Source: Cyanobacteria bacterium auto_48_18
GTDB taxonomy: Bacteria > Cyanobacteriota > Vampirovibrionia > Obscuribacterales > Obscuribacteraceae
NCBI GenBank assembly: GCA_036170915.1
Contig: JAVHQC010000030.1
Coordinates: 1-64,000 of the forward strand
Direction of reading: 5' to 3'
Length of the DNA stretch: 64,000 nt
Positions 10,686-20,548 of this stretch are shown here, piece after piece. Under the pieces are notes generated by a model. It saw nothing but the letters and a program-made list of their open reading frames with translations. It was not told the origin of the DNA and ran no database searches. The first letter of the stretch is position 1. Every line of letters starts with the position of its first letter. A program made the translations under genes and the position numbers.

Positions 10686-12221
10686 ATGGCATCCGGCGAA
10701 GAACAAAAGAAAAAAGTAGATGAGGAGAGTGATCTCTTCGCACAACTGCCTGGATATACGCCTTTTGCAGGCAATAATCCAGGTGAATCTACAGCAGCGC
10801 AACAATATCAGCCGCAAAGCGGCCCAATATTTGCTCAGCCACATCCTCCTGGTCAGCCACAGCCTTCAGGCCAGTCGTCTGGTCAGCCGTCGGCACCGAT
10901 CAATCCGTCGCATCCGCCCCAACCGGCCGGGCCTCCGACTCAAAACCCGTGGTTTCCTACTCAGCCAGAAGCGACACAACCGCCAGCAGCTTACCCTGTC
11001 AATGCTGGTTATGTTGGTCCAAGCCAACCGCTAGCACCAAACGGCATTGTCTTACCCCAATTGCGGCCGCAAGATGACCCAAACTCAAGCGAGTATATCC
11101 CTCGCACACCTGTACTGAACGCTCCCGCGCCTAATCCACACAGCCCCTGGACTCCTGTTCCTGAGCCGAAATGGGAACTCTTTGTTGAAGAAAATCGCAA
11201 TCAACCTCAGCCGCCGGTAGCGCCGCCACAAACCAAGCCTTTACCAGCTGGTGGCAGTCAGGCTAATCCAATCCGTTTTAATGCTTTGCCCATAGTTACC
11301 GGTCAAAACTATCAAGACTCTAATTATGAACAGCCGGTCTGGCCTGGGGCACCACAAGCGAATGGCAACCATACGGCACAGCAACAGAACGGTTCAGCCC
11401 AGAGCCAGTTTGCTCCAGCACAGCAGGGCGCTTATTTGTCGTCAACTGAGGCTGAACAACAGGCACAAGCAATTTATCAAGCACAGCTCGGACAGCCGGG
11501 AGTAAGCAGCCCACTTGATATAAATCAAAATCAAAATCAAAACCCAAATCAAACCAACCAGCAGCAATGGCCTAATGCCAAGCCTCAACCAAGAGTTAGT
11601 AATTTTGAAGGGGCCAGTGGCAAACCAAAATGGCGCAATAAACTTCTCAGTGATGCAGGTAATGCACAGCAAGAGGAGTTGCCACCACAAAGCCTGGGTT
11701 TGAGCTTCAGCAAGAATGACATTCTTGGTATTGCCACCTACAACTTAAATGTCACCAAAGATATTCTCACTAATCCACAGGGCTATTTCCAGACTCTGCC
11801 TCTCACAGGTGGGTTCGGAGAGCCGCTGCTCTACACCGTATTTACTTGTATTCTCAGTTCGATTATGTGTGCTATCGGCAAGCTCAACCCGTTGATGTTT
11901 TTCTGGGCTTTTATTGTCAGCTTCATTTCAGTCACCGTGGGAGCGGTTATTGTTGATCAAGCTTTCCGGCGCATGGGTGGCAAAGGCGATCTGGAAGGAA
12001 CATTCAGAGTGCTGGCATTCAGCAAAGCTACATTTGTGTTTGCCTGGATTACTCTAGGGCCCCTTTCGCTGGGTATGATGCTGGCCACCATGATTACGGG
12101 CTACATGAACTATATTGGGCTGAGTCGAGTGCATGGGCTCTCGCCAAAAAATACAGCAATTATTATTGCGTTGATGAGCGTACTCAGCCTGCTCTTCCGC
12201 TGGACCTGTCCCGGAGTTTAA
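10686..12221 (+). CDS. YIP1-family membrane protein with long Pro/Gln-rich N-terminus
   Basis: About 340 aa of low-complexity P/Q sequence, then ILTNPQGYF and about 5 TM segments. Confidence 0.7.
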   Translation: MASGEEQKKKVDEESDLFAQLPGYTPFAGNNPGESTAAQQYQPQSGPIFAQPHPPGQPQPSGQSSGQPSAPINPSHPPQPAGPPTQNPWFPTQPEATQPPAAYPVNAGYVGPSQPLAPNGIVLPQLRPQDDPNSSEYIPRTPVLNAPAPNPHSPWTPVPEPKWELFVEENRNQPQPPVAPPQTKPLPAGGSQANPIRFNALPIVTGQNYQDSNYEQPVWPGAPQANGNHTAQQQNGSAQSQFAPAQQGAYLSSTEAEQQAQAIYQAQLGQPGVSSPLDINQNQNQNPNQTNQQQWPNAKPQPRVSNFEGASGKPKWRNKLLSDAGNAQQEELPPQSLGLSFSKNDILGIATYNLNVTKDILTNPQGYFQTLPLTGGFGEPLLYTVFTCILSSIMCAIGKLNPLMFFWAFIVSFISVTVGAVIVDQAFRRMGGKGDLEGTFRVLAFSKATFVFAWITLGPLSLGMMLATMITGYMNYIGLSRVHGLSPKNTAIIIALMSVLSLLFRWTCPGV

Positions 12222-13144
12222 AGCTGGCAGGCGTCAAGCTGACAGGCGTCGTAAATAGCAAATTCAGGTTTGAGTTTAAAGCCGCTCTGGGCAATGGTAC
12301 CCATGCCCCGCCATTCTCTTTCGGCGGGTTCGAAAACTTCGTAAATTAAGGCCCTGGCTTCAGAATTTCCGGCGCGATTGACAGCACGGCGGTATTGATT
12401 TTCAACCCCTACTTTTCCTGATTCCAGCATAGACAGGCACTTTTGAATGCCTTCTAAAACATCTACCGGTTCAAAGCCTGTCACCACCACTGGTATCTGA
12501 TGCTGACGGCTCAAAACTTCATATTGCTCATAACCTGTGAGCGCACAGTTCTGTCCGGGACCTAGAAGACCGTGAATCTGGTTATCAGGGCGGCTGAAAA
12601 TCGATGCACAAACTGGTGGCACCATGGCATGATAAGAAAGCAGCATAAAGTTTTGCACACCAAGCCTGCGAGCCTGCCATACAGCTAGAGCGTCCATTTG
12701 CGCAGCGCTTTCGAGACCAACGTTAAAGAAAACTACCTGCTTGTGGGCATTGCTTCGGGCAACGGCAATGCAGTCCATGGCCGAATAAACCACACGCACA
12801 TCGAAGCCGCTGGCTTTGACTTCCAACAAATCACAAACAGATCCTTGAATGCGCAAAAGTTCTGCTGGTGCACAAAGAATTACATTTGCTTCTTTAGCTC
12901 TGGCAATAGCGCGATCAAAAACATGCACAGGCACTGATGCCACCGCACAGCCTGGTCCGTGCACGATATGCAAGTCATCGGGCAAACGCTTGAGTAAATT
13001 GTATTCCTGCAAAACCTGCGACTGATCAGCGCAGACTTCCATGATCGTCCACGAGCGAGTCATGCTTGCTGCAATTTTGCGAAGCAAACGTTCAAGCGTT
13101 TTTTGGTCGCGGTAGTTGTCTTCTGTGGGCAATACACTAAACAT
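12218..13144 (-). CDS. HypD-like protein, degenerate and C-terminally truncated
   Basis: IMEVC, HGPGC, VRVVYSAMD, VVTGFEPVD, VENQYRRAV, EWRGMG match HypD. Catalytic motifs are altered and the Fe-S domain is absent. Confidence 0.8.
   Translation of the reverse strand: MFSVLPTEDNYRDQKTLERLLRKIAASMTRSWTIMEVCADQSQVLQEYNLLKRLPDDLHIVHGPGCAVASVPVHVFDRAIARAKEANVILCAPAELLRIQGSVCDLLEVKASGFDVRVVYSAMDCIAVARSNAHKQVVFFNVGLESAAQMDALAVWQARRLGVQNFMLLSYHAMVPPVCASIFSRPDNQIHGLLGPGQNCALTGYEQYEVLSRQHQIPVVVTGFEPVDVLEGIQKCLSMLESGKVGVENQYRRAVNRAGNSEARALIYEVFEPAEREWRGMGTIAQSGFKLKPEFAIYDACQLDACQL
12221..12250. repeat. 15-bp tandem duplication at the hypD-like 3' end (DACQL x2)
   Basis: AAGCTGGCAGGCGTC / AAGCTGACAGGCGTC. 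Confidence 0.85.
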
Positions 13145-13230
13145 AGATGTAGATTACCCACAAAAACCTTAAGCCGGTAGAGATCTATAGGGTTGTAACG
13201 AGTAGTTGCAAGTATGCAACATATTGACAA

Positions 13231-14316
13231 CTAGTCGCGCGGTAGAGCCAGCTTGTTAGAAACCGGCGCCAGCCTGTTTAAGCCGTCTCTGTCGGTCATA
13301 ATTAGTAGCTTATCGCCCACAACCAGTGGAGTGCTTGGAGCAGGGTTCCAATCGGCCACACCTTCGCTTGATTCATGACAGAGAACAGTGACTTCATAGT
13401 TGTTACGCAAATAGTCCAGAGTCTGCCCGACGATAATGGTGTCTGGCTCAATTACCAGTTGCAGCGCATTGATAATGGTGCCACCAAATTCAAACGAATC
13501 GATTATATTGCCTGAAATTGCAGCCTGCGCAAATAGGCGAGCTGAGCGTGCTGATGAGCTGTACGCTCCTTCGATGCCCATAAATTTTTCCACTTTTTTG
13601 GCCAGCTTTTGATCAAACATGCGAATCACCACGCGAATTTTTGGATTGAGTTCGCGCGCAGTCATGGCTGCTTCAAGATTGGCCAGATCGTTATCGGTAA
13701 CGGCAATAATAGCTTTGGCTCTGGCTATTGAGGCTTGCTCCAGGATCTTACCGTCTCGCACATCACCGAAAAGCACGGGCACTTCGTAACCAGCCACTTC
13801 ACCGACAAAGCGAGCATCAGGATTGCTTTCAATTGCCACCACTGATTCGGAAAAGCGTTTTAAATGTTGCACCACTCGCACACCAACATTGCCTAAACCA
13901 CAGACAATCACATGCCCTTCCATTGTCTCGGCGATCATTTTCTGCCACTCCTTGGAATAACGTTTGTGCTGAAAAAGTAGATTACCGAGATGAACTACAC
14001 CTTCAGCAATGGTAACAAGACCTAAAATCGGCAGTAGAAAAAATAGTGGTGAGAGTTTGATGTCCTCCACGTATTGCAAAGGGCTTTCGAAGAAAATCAT
14101 CAGCAATGTGTAGTAGGCCGCTTGCAAAAAAGTCATGGCGGTGCCGCCAGGCAATAAGTGACGCGGATAATAGTTGTAAAAGAGAATTACCGAAGTGGAA
14201 AAGGCCACTGTCAGGCAAATCAAAAAGCCGCTGAATTCTCTTACCAGAACTCGCACCAGCAAAAGAATTTTGAGACTCTTTTTGCCGGCGCTGTTGTAAT
14301 TAGCCTTATTTTCCAC
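13231..14316 (-). CDS. Potassium channel/TrkA-family protein (TM + RCK_N + RCK_C)
   Basis: HVIVCGLGNVG Rossmann motif, VTDNDLANL, TrkA-C-like end. Confidence 0.85.
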   Translation of the reverse strand: MENKANYNSAGKKSLKILLLVRVLVREFSGFLICLTVAFSTSVILFYNYYPRHLLPGGTAMTFLQAAYYTLLMIFFESPLQYVEDIKLSPLFFLLPILGLVTIAEGVVHLGNLLFQHKRYSKEWQKMIAETMEGHVIVCGLGNVGVRVVQHLKRFSESVVAIESNPDARFVGEVAGYEVPVLFGDVRDGKILEQASIARAKAIIAVTDNDLANLEAAMTARELNPKIRVVIRMFDQKLAKKVEKFMGIEGAYSSSARSARLFAQAAISGNIIDSFEFGGTIINALQLVIEPDTIIVGQTLDYLRNNYEVTVLCHESSEGVADWNPAPSTPLVVGDKLLIMTDRDGLNRLAPVSNKLALPRD

Positions 14317-14434
14317 AAGTTCTCGCTGATTCGAGCCGACAGTATAACTTTTAAAAGAATAAGCGTAGATCTTGATTGTAAAGAAGGCACCATGTTACGA
14401 TCGGTAGAGCTAAGTAATTTGGAATGTTGGACTT

Positions 14435-15223
14435 ATGGCATCGAGCCTGACTGGCACCGTTTTTGATACCAAATTCAAAGACACAAAGACAAAGGTAGAA
14501 CAGTCGCTGAGGCGCGTTGCACTCAGTCTGTTTACAATTTTGGCTTTGCAGTGTTCAACAATGGCAGAGAGTTGCCAAGCGAAGCGTTTGAGCGACAAGT
14601 CTGAGACGGCCCCAGTAGAATTTACTCAGAACCTAGTGCATGACAAGCTCAGTCACAACAGCAACAATGTTCATGCCGTAATCGTTGAATGCGCGCCGCA
14701 AATCAATAATTTTGATATTGTCTCCCAAGGCTTGTGGCGCGGTGCTGCGCCTTCGCAGCAAGGTATGGCCGGTCTGGCCCAGAGCGGCGTCAAAACCATC
14801 GTCGATTTACGCATGGCGGGTCAAGGGGCTCAGCAAGAGTCGCAGCGTGCCAAACAACTGGGCATTAAATATTTTCACATTCCCCTTGGTTTCAAGGGTG
14901 TGTCATTGCCTAAAGTGGCCCAATTCCTAAGCATTGTGGACAATCCGGTCAACCAACCTGTCTTTGTCCATTGCCGCTACGGCGCTGACCGCACTGGAGC
15001 CCTTGTGGCTGTATTCCGTGTCTTACGTGAGCACTGGACTTTCGCCCAGGCCTATAGCGAAATGAAGAGCCATCACTTTAAGCCCTGGCTCGCAGGCCTC
15101 AAGCGCGTGGTAGCACGCGTAGAAGAAAGTCCTAAAGTGCAGAAAGAAGTGCAGAAAGAATTGAAGATGCTCACTGAAAGCGGCGAAAAACAGGTTGCCA
15201 GTAAATTAGCTAATCAAAGCTAA
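14435..15223 (+). CDS. Dual-specificity/tyrosine protein phosphatase
   Basis: PVFVHCRYGADRTG CX5R loop, GVKTIVDLR. Confidence 0.88.
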   Translation: MASSLTGTVFDTKFKDTKTKVEQSLRRVALSLFTILALQCSTMAESCQAKRLSDKSETAPVEFTQNLVHDKLSHNSNNVHAVIVECAPQINNFDIVSQGLWRGAAPSQQGMAGLAQSGVKTIVDLRMAGQGAQQESQRAKQLGIKYFHIPLGFKGVSLPKVAQFLSIVDNPVNQPVFVHCRYGADRTGALVAVFRVLREHWTFAQAYSEMKSHHFKPWLAGLKRVVARVEESPKVQKEVQKELKMLTESGEKQVASKLANQS

Positions 15224-15226
15224 TAA

Positions 15227-15580
15227 CTATTCTTTCGCTTTAATGTCGTTCCAAAGTGCCTGTTCGTCATAGCTTTCATCAGGATCGTTAGCCAGCGTGA
15301 ACTCTTTGATGTTGGCATTGCGCCGGTTGCGGTCTAAATTTTTCATGCCCGGATCGAGGTCGTACAACCGATAGAGCGGATCAAGGGAGGTTTTCATGAT
15401 TGATAAAATATTGCTGACTTCAGAGCCAATCAAATTAAATGCAGCCTTGGCCTGAGGTGTCGAAGCATGGGTGTCGATGTCATCAGCCAGACGCACCAGT
15501 CTGTCGGTTTCTTTGACAAGCTTGGTGAGCAATTGTAAGACCGATATGTCTCGCGTGTTGTTAGACGAGTCAGTAGACAT
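15227..15580 (-). CDS. Hypothetical protein
   Basis: 117-aa ORF with a GAGGG RBS. Confidence 0.65.
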   Translation of the reverse strand: MSTDSSNNTRDISVLQLLTKLVKETDRLVRLADDIDTHASTPQAKAAFNLIGSEVSNILSIMKTSLDPLYRLYDLDPGMKNLDRNRRNANIKEFTLANDPDESYDEQALWNDIKAKE

Positions 15581-15704
15581 AAATCCCTCAAGGTCGAGAT
15601 CTCTATTTAAGCATTCTGCAGCTGAATTAGTCTGACTGTTATGGCAGATAGTCTAAAATCACTACAGATTCTGGTCGAAGCTCCTCAAGTAATTTTCGGT
15701 ATCA

Positions 15705-16697
15705 ATGGCCCTCCTTGAAATTCAAAATCTCGCAACAGCGTTCCCCACCGAGGCCGGTATGGCTCGTGCTGTAGACGATGTCACACTTTCTGTGGACAAA
15801 GGCCAGGTACTTGGCATCGTTGGCGAATCTGGTTGCGGAAAATCGATCACGTCTCTTTCGATTTTGAGGCTGATTCCACCACCAGGAAAAATCGTTGGCG
15901 GACAAATTCGCCTTGATGGACAAAACTTGCTCGATCTAACTGAAGCGCAAATGCGATCAATACGCGGAAACCGTATCGCTTTAATTCCGCAAGATCCCAT
16001 GACTTCGCTGAACCCTGTTTATACAGTCGGTGCGCAAATTATGGAAGCCGTGGAGCTGCATCAAAAAGTCTCTCGGGCTGAAGCGCGCAAAAAAGCCATC
16101 GATGTACTAGATCGCGTGCGCATACCTGAAGCGCGCAGCAGAGTAGATGAGTATCCGCACCAGTTTTCTGGTGGCATGCGCCAGCGGGTGATGATTGCGA
16201 TGGCTCTGGCATGCGAGCCCGAGCTATTAATTGCCGACGAACCTACCACCGCCCTTGATGTCACCGTGCAAGCGCAAATTTTAGATTTGCTGCGCGAAAT
16301 TCAAAAAGATCAAGGTACGGCTATTGTCTTGATCACCCACGACCTTGGTGTGGTGGCCGAAATGTGTGACACCGTGGCCGTGATGTACGCAGGCTCTGTG
16401 GTGGAATATGCCACTGTGCAAGAACTTTTTCAACAACCAAAACATCCTTACACCATTGGCCTGATGAATTCACTGCCAAAACGTGATTCACAAAGACTTA
16501 TACCAATTGATGGTCAGCCGCCCAGTTTAATTAATTTGCCGCCGGGCTGCCGCTTCGCCAATCGTTGTTCCTGGCGTGTAGACATATGCGATCAATCAAT
16601 TCCACCATTAGAAGAAAAATCACCTGGTCATGATGCCCGTTGTTTTCTAGTTGAAAAGCTGCCAGAAGAACAATCGCTAATAAAGTCACCTAATTAG
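15705..16697 (+). CDS. oppD: Oligopeptide/dipeptide ABC ATP-binding subunit
   Basis: GESGCGKS, FSGGMRQR, LLIADEPTT, PKHPYT, Cys-rich tail. Confidence 0.92.
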   Translation: MALLEIQNLATAFPTEAGMARAVDDVTLSVDKGQVLGIVGESGCGKSITSLSILRLIPPPGKIVGGQIRLDGQNLLDLTEAQMRSIRGNRIALIPQDPMTSLNPVYTVGAQIMEAVELHQKVSRAEARKKAIDVLDRVRIPEARSRVDEYPHQFSGGMRQRVMIAMALACEPELLIADEPTTALDVTVQAQILDLLREIQKDQGTAIVLITHDLGVVAEMCDTVAVMYAGSVVEYATVQELFQQPKHPYTIGLMNSLPKRDSQRLIPIDGQPPSLINLPPGCRFANRCSWRVDICDQSIPPLEEKSPGHDARCFLVEKLPEEQSLIKSPN

Positions 16698-16711
16698 GAA
16701 ACAAGAACTTG

Positions 16712-18376
16712 ATGCTTAGCAATTTAAGAGTGCCTGATACCAAACAAATCAGATTGCTCGAATCTGAATGGATCAAGTCGGTTTCGGCTCTAGCAGACGG
16801 TCTCAATTGGGGACAAACCTTAATGGAAGTTGCCGGTCGCGGCGCGGCTCTGGCAGCCCTTTCGCTCTGGCACGAAAACCCTGGTCACATTGCTATCTTT
16901 TGCGGCAGTGGCAATAATGGTGGTGACGGCCTTGTTGTCGCTCGCTATTTAAGTTTGTGGGGAGTACCAGCCAGCTGTTTCTTACTGCTGCCTGAGAACT
17001 CGAGTGCGTCTTTACAGATGTCTACTAAAGAAGCAGAGGCAAATCGCAAAATTCTCGCTGCTCTCGATGTAGAAATCACTTTGCTGGAAGACAATGATCA
17101 AGTAGAAGAGATACTTGGCTCGATTATTAACAATTCAACAATGCTTGTAGACGCACTGTTTGGCACCGGTTTAAGCCGACCAGTAGCTGGCCTGGCAAAG
17201 CACGTTATCGAAGCTATTAATGCCAGCTCAAAACCTGTGCTTTCTATCGATTTACCATCAGGCATCAACTCTGATACCGGCCAGATAATGGGCGCAGCGG
17301 TTCGCGCTGACAAAACTGTGACATTTGGTTCTCTCAAGCCTGGTCATCTGTCCCACCCTGGTGCTGAGTATGCAGGCATCATGCATCTGGTTGATATTGG
17401 TCTGCCAGATTTTGGCAATTTGCCTGATCATTTAAGCCATGTAGATAGTACTCCCAAAATCTTTATCACCACCTGTGGTGCTGTGCAATCGGTTCTGCCC
17501 CTGCGACCAACTGATTCTAATAAGGGTACATTCGGCCGCGTACTAACTGTAGGCGGCTCCCTGGGCATGAGTGGTGCCGGAGTTCTATGCGCCACAAGCG
17601 CTCTAAGAGTCGGCGCCGGATTGGCTTACCTGGCCACACCAAGATCGTTGGCCGGTCACGTTATGGCCGAAGAAATTGTAGTTCGCCCACTCAGTGAAAC
17701 ATCAGCTCAATCAATCAGCAAAGAAGCTTTGAAAGAAGTGACCGACATGCTTGATCAAATATCTAGTGTGGTGGTGGGTCCAGGGCTTTCACAAAACCCC
17801 GACACAGTAAGCTTTGTACTCGATTTACTTGACCTGATTAATAAGCCTTGCGTAATTGATGCAGATGGTTTGAACGCCCTCGCCGCCAATGTCAAATCAA
17901 TGCCTCGGCCGGCAACCAATTTTGTCATCACTCCCCATCCGAAAGAACTGAGCCGCATTACCGGAAAAAGCGTGGAAGAGCTGCTTTCAGACCGTGTGGG
18001 CGCGGTACTTGCCGCTGCCCGCGAGTTGCAATGCACTGTCGTCTTCAAAGGGGCATACAGCCTGGTGGCCAATCCGGAGGGCACCATTTTTATCAATCCT
18101 ACCGGAAACTCCGGCATGGCTACAGCCGGATGCGGAGATGTGCTTTCTGGCATTATTGGTGGTCTAATGGCTCAAGGTCTCAATCCATTTGATGCTGCTT
18201 GCGCTGGAGTTTATATTCACGGTAAGGCGGCAGATCTGGTGGCACAAAATATCGGACAGGCCGGTATCATTGCCGGTGACATTCGCTCAGCCATTCCCCT
18301 GGCTCTGGTCAATATTGCTGCCGGAGAAATTAGCAGTCTGGAAGAGCAGCTCTCTCAATCGGTTTTGTCTTCGTAA
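16712..18376 (+). CDS. nnr: Bifunctional NAD(P)H-hydrate epimerase/dehydratase
   Basis: GSGNNGGDG, DALFGTG, DLPSG, SNKGTFG, TPHPKE, ATAGCGDVL. Confidence 0.93.
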   Translation: MLSNLRVPDTKQIRLLESEWIKSVSALADGLNWGQTLMEVAGRGAALAALSLWHENPGHIAIFCGSGNNGGDGLVVARYLSLWGVPASCFLLLPENSSASLQMSTKEAEANRKILAALDVEITLLEDNDQVEEILGSIINNSTMLVDALFGTGLSRPVAGLAKHVIEAINASSKPVLSIDLPSGINSDTGQIMGAAVRADKTVTFGSLKPGHLSHPGAEYAGIMHLVDIGLPDFGNLPDHLSHVDSTPKIFITTCGAVQSVLPLRPTDSNKGTFGRVLTVGGSLGMSGAGVLCATSALRVGAGLAYLATPRSLAGHVMAEEIVVRPLSETSAQSISKEALKEVTDMLDQISSVVVGPGLSQNPDTVSFVLDLLDLINKPCVIDADGLNALAANVKSMPRPATNFVITPHPKELSRITGKSVEELLSDRVGAVLAAARELQCTVVFKGAYSLVANPEGTIFINPTGNSGMATAGCGDVLSGIIGGLMAQGLNPFDAACAGVYIHGKAADLVAQNIGQAGIIAGDIRSAIPLALVNIAAGEISSLEEQLSQSVLSS

Positions 18377-18378
18377 TA

Positions 18379-19581
18379 ATGGTAACTGTGAAATTTGCTC
18401 TCTACTTAGCTTTATCTGCTTGTTGCCTGGCAGCCTGTGGGCCCGTAGAAGAACGGCATGAGCGGTCAAAGCACGACAAGCCCCGTGAGCGTCTTTCTTC
18501 GGTAAGCTACGTTGCGTTTATGGACAGCTTGCATAAAAAAATCAAACCCTTCTGGTTACCGAAGACAAGCAGCGGTAAAAACGGCGCGGTAATGTTTAGC
18601 CTCAATCGTCGCGGTGATCTCAGTGACTTGAAAATTTCCAGAAGCTCTGGTGATCAAGATTTTGACAAAGATATGCTGGCTACCATTAATTTAGCAGTAC
18701 CTATGCCGACTTTGCCCGTGGGTGCACCACATACAGTGCCTGTGGAATTTACTTTCAATCATGACGTCTATCTATATCTAATGAAAGGCGCACCGGCCGA
18801 GATTAAGCAAGCCATAGAAAAAATCGACAGAAGCCTGGCGGCAGCTAAGGCTGAGACGCAGGGTGGGCTTTATTTTGAACGCGGCAAACTATGGCTGCAA
18901 ATTGACGAGAAAGAAAAAGCATTAGCTGATTTTTCGAAAGCGATAGCATCAGGTAAAAGCGATGTAGAAATATTGACAGCCAGAGCTAAAGCTAATCATG
19001 CCCTTGGTTATTACCAAGAATGCTTGAACGATTGCGCTCAGATTTTAAAATTAGATTCGCGCAATAGCGACATTTATGTGCTCCAGTCTGACGCTTATTT
19101 GAATTCTGGCAAAATTACTGAAGCTTTTGCAGCGGCTAATCAGGCAATCATCATTGCGCCACAGCAGCCTGACGGTTACACAGCGCGCGCCTACGCTTAC
19201 AATTTATCTGGTGATTACAAAAAGGCAATTGCCGATTGCAATCTAGCCCTCGACCGAGATAAACAGTGCACCGCCGCGTACGCCTATCGTGGCGATGCGG
19301 AAGAAGAACTAAAAATGTACGAGCGAGCTTTGAGCGATTATGACAAAACTATTGAGCTCAGCCCGCTAGATGCCGGAGCTTTGCTGCGCCGAGCAGAGCT
19401 GCAAAATCAAATTGGCCACTTTCATAAAGCTATCATTGATTGCACTGATGCCATCAGACTAGACCCTGACAATGGTGAAGCTTATTTTTATCGCTCTTAT
19501 GCCAATAGTCAGCTCTCTCTAGCCGCTCAGGCAAAAAACGATCAAGACAAAGCCGAATCACTGGGTTTTATCGGCCAGTAA
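18379..19581 (+). CDS. Lipoprotein with TonB/TolA C-terminal domain and TPR repeats
   Basis: LAAC lipobox, SSGDQDFD TonB-C-like motif, multiple TPRs. Confidence 0.8.
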   Translation: MVTVKFALYLALSACCLAACGPVEERHERSKHDKPRERLSSVSYVAFMDSLHKKIKPFWLPKTSSGKNGAVMFSLNRRGDLSDLKISRSSGDQDFDKDMLATINLAVPMPTLPVGAPHTVPVEFTFNHDVYLYLMKGAPAEIKQAIEKIDRSLAAAKAETQGGLYFERGKLWLQIDEKEKALADFSKAIASGKSDVEILTARAKANHALGYYQECLNDCAQILKLDSRNSDIYVLQSDAYLNSGKITEAFAAANQAIIIAPQQPDGYTARAYAYNLSGDYKKAIADCNLALDRDKQCTAAYAYRGDAEEELKMYERALSDYDKTIELSPLDAGALLRRAELQNQIGHFHKAIIDCTDAIRLDPDNGEAYFYRSYANSQLSLAAQAKNDQDKAESLGFIGQ

Positions 19582-20548
19582 AAGCTGACTCCAAATAACG
19601 CAGGGTGCCTTTTGCCGTATCAAATGAAGCTCTGAGCCCGAGGGGCACAATAGCGCAGTCAGAACTTTGGCCAAAGGGAAGATTAAAGCAGGTGGGCAAA
19701 TTAATTTCGCTCACCCGGTCGGCTACCAGTTCTTCAAACGAAAGCATATTAGCGCTTTGCCTGGTGCCGCAATTTTCAAAACGCCCCAGACCAAGAGCAG
19801 CTACGGTGGCCAGTTTGTTTGATATATAAAGCGTGGTGAACCAGCGGTCAAGAATATCGTTTCGCTCATTGCGATCTTCGAGCAGCAATATTGTTTCGCT
19901 CAGTTGCGGCTCAAATTTGGTGCCAAAGAGTGATACCAAAGCCGTAAGGTTGCCGGCCAGTACAGTGCCTTCCTTTACGCCTGCCACAGGCGCATAGCAA
20001 AAGTCTGCCACTACTTTGTCTTTTACTTGCAAGGGCGGAAATTGCGCAGCACCAAAATTTAAATTATTACTATCGAGTTCTTCGATTTCAGTGCCGGCAA
20101 AAAAATGGCCCATGCGCTCTACGGCTGCCTTACTTTCGATGCGATCTAGATTGTTGCCGTAAAAAGTAACTACCTGCGATGCTTGGTGCAAAGCAAATAG
20201 CAGATGGCTGTTATCATCAGCACCAAGCACAATTTTTGGATTTTTGGCAAAGGTACTGTAAGGCAAATTTGGTATCAAGTGCAGTGAGCCGTATCCGCCG
20301 GTAAGAAACCAGATAGCAGCAATGCTGTCATCTTCAATGGCAGAAACCAGATCGCAAAGCCGCGCTTCATCGCTGCCTGCCATGGGGCCGTGCACATCTA
20401 GAGCATGAGCGCCGACTACTGGTGTAAAGTTCATGGCTGAGACTATCGCTTCAGCCCGTTTTAGTGCCGAAGGCTTAGCCGGACGACTGGCTGGCGCCAG
20501 CAAGGCAATGCGATCTTTACTTTTTAAGGATGGCGGTTTTACTAACAC
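19568..20548 (-). CDS. S66 LD-carboxypeptidase paralogue, catalytic Ser and His lost
   Basis: GGYGS and LEDRNE retained. GADD replaces GxSD and FGQ replaces FGH. AGGAGG RBS before GTG 20548. Confidence 0.82.
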   Translation of the reverse strand: MLVKPPSLKSKDRIALLAPASRPAKPSALKRAEAIVSAMNFTPVVGAHALDVHGPMAGSDEARLCDLVSAIEDDSIAAIWFLTGGYGSLHLIPNLPYSTFAKNPKIVLGADDNSHLLFALHQASQVVTFYGNNLDRIESKAAVERMGHFFAGTEIEELDSNNLNFGAAQFPPLQVKDKVVADFCYAPVAGVKEGTVLAGNLTALVSLFGTKFEPQLSETILLLEDRNERNDILDRWFTTLYISNKLATVAALGLGRFENCGTRQSANMLSFEELVADRVSEINLPTCFNLPFGQSSDCAIVPLGLRASFDTAKGTLRYLESAFTGR

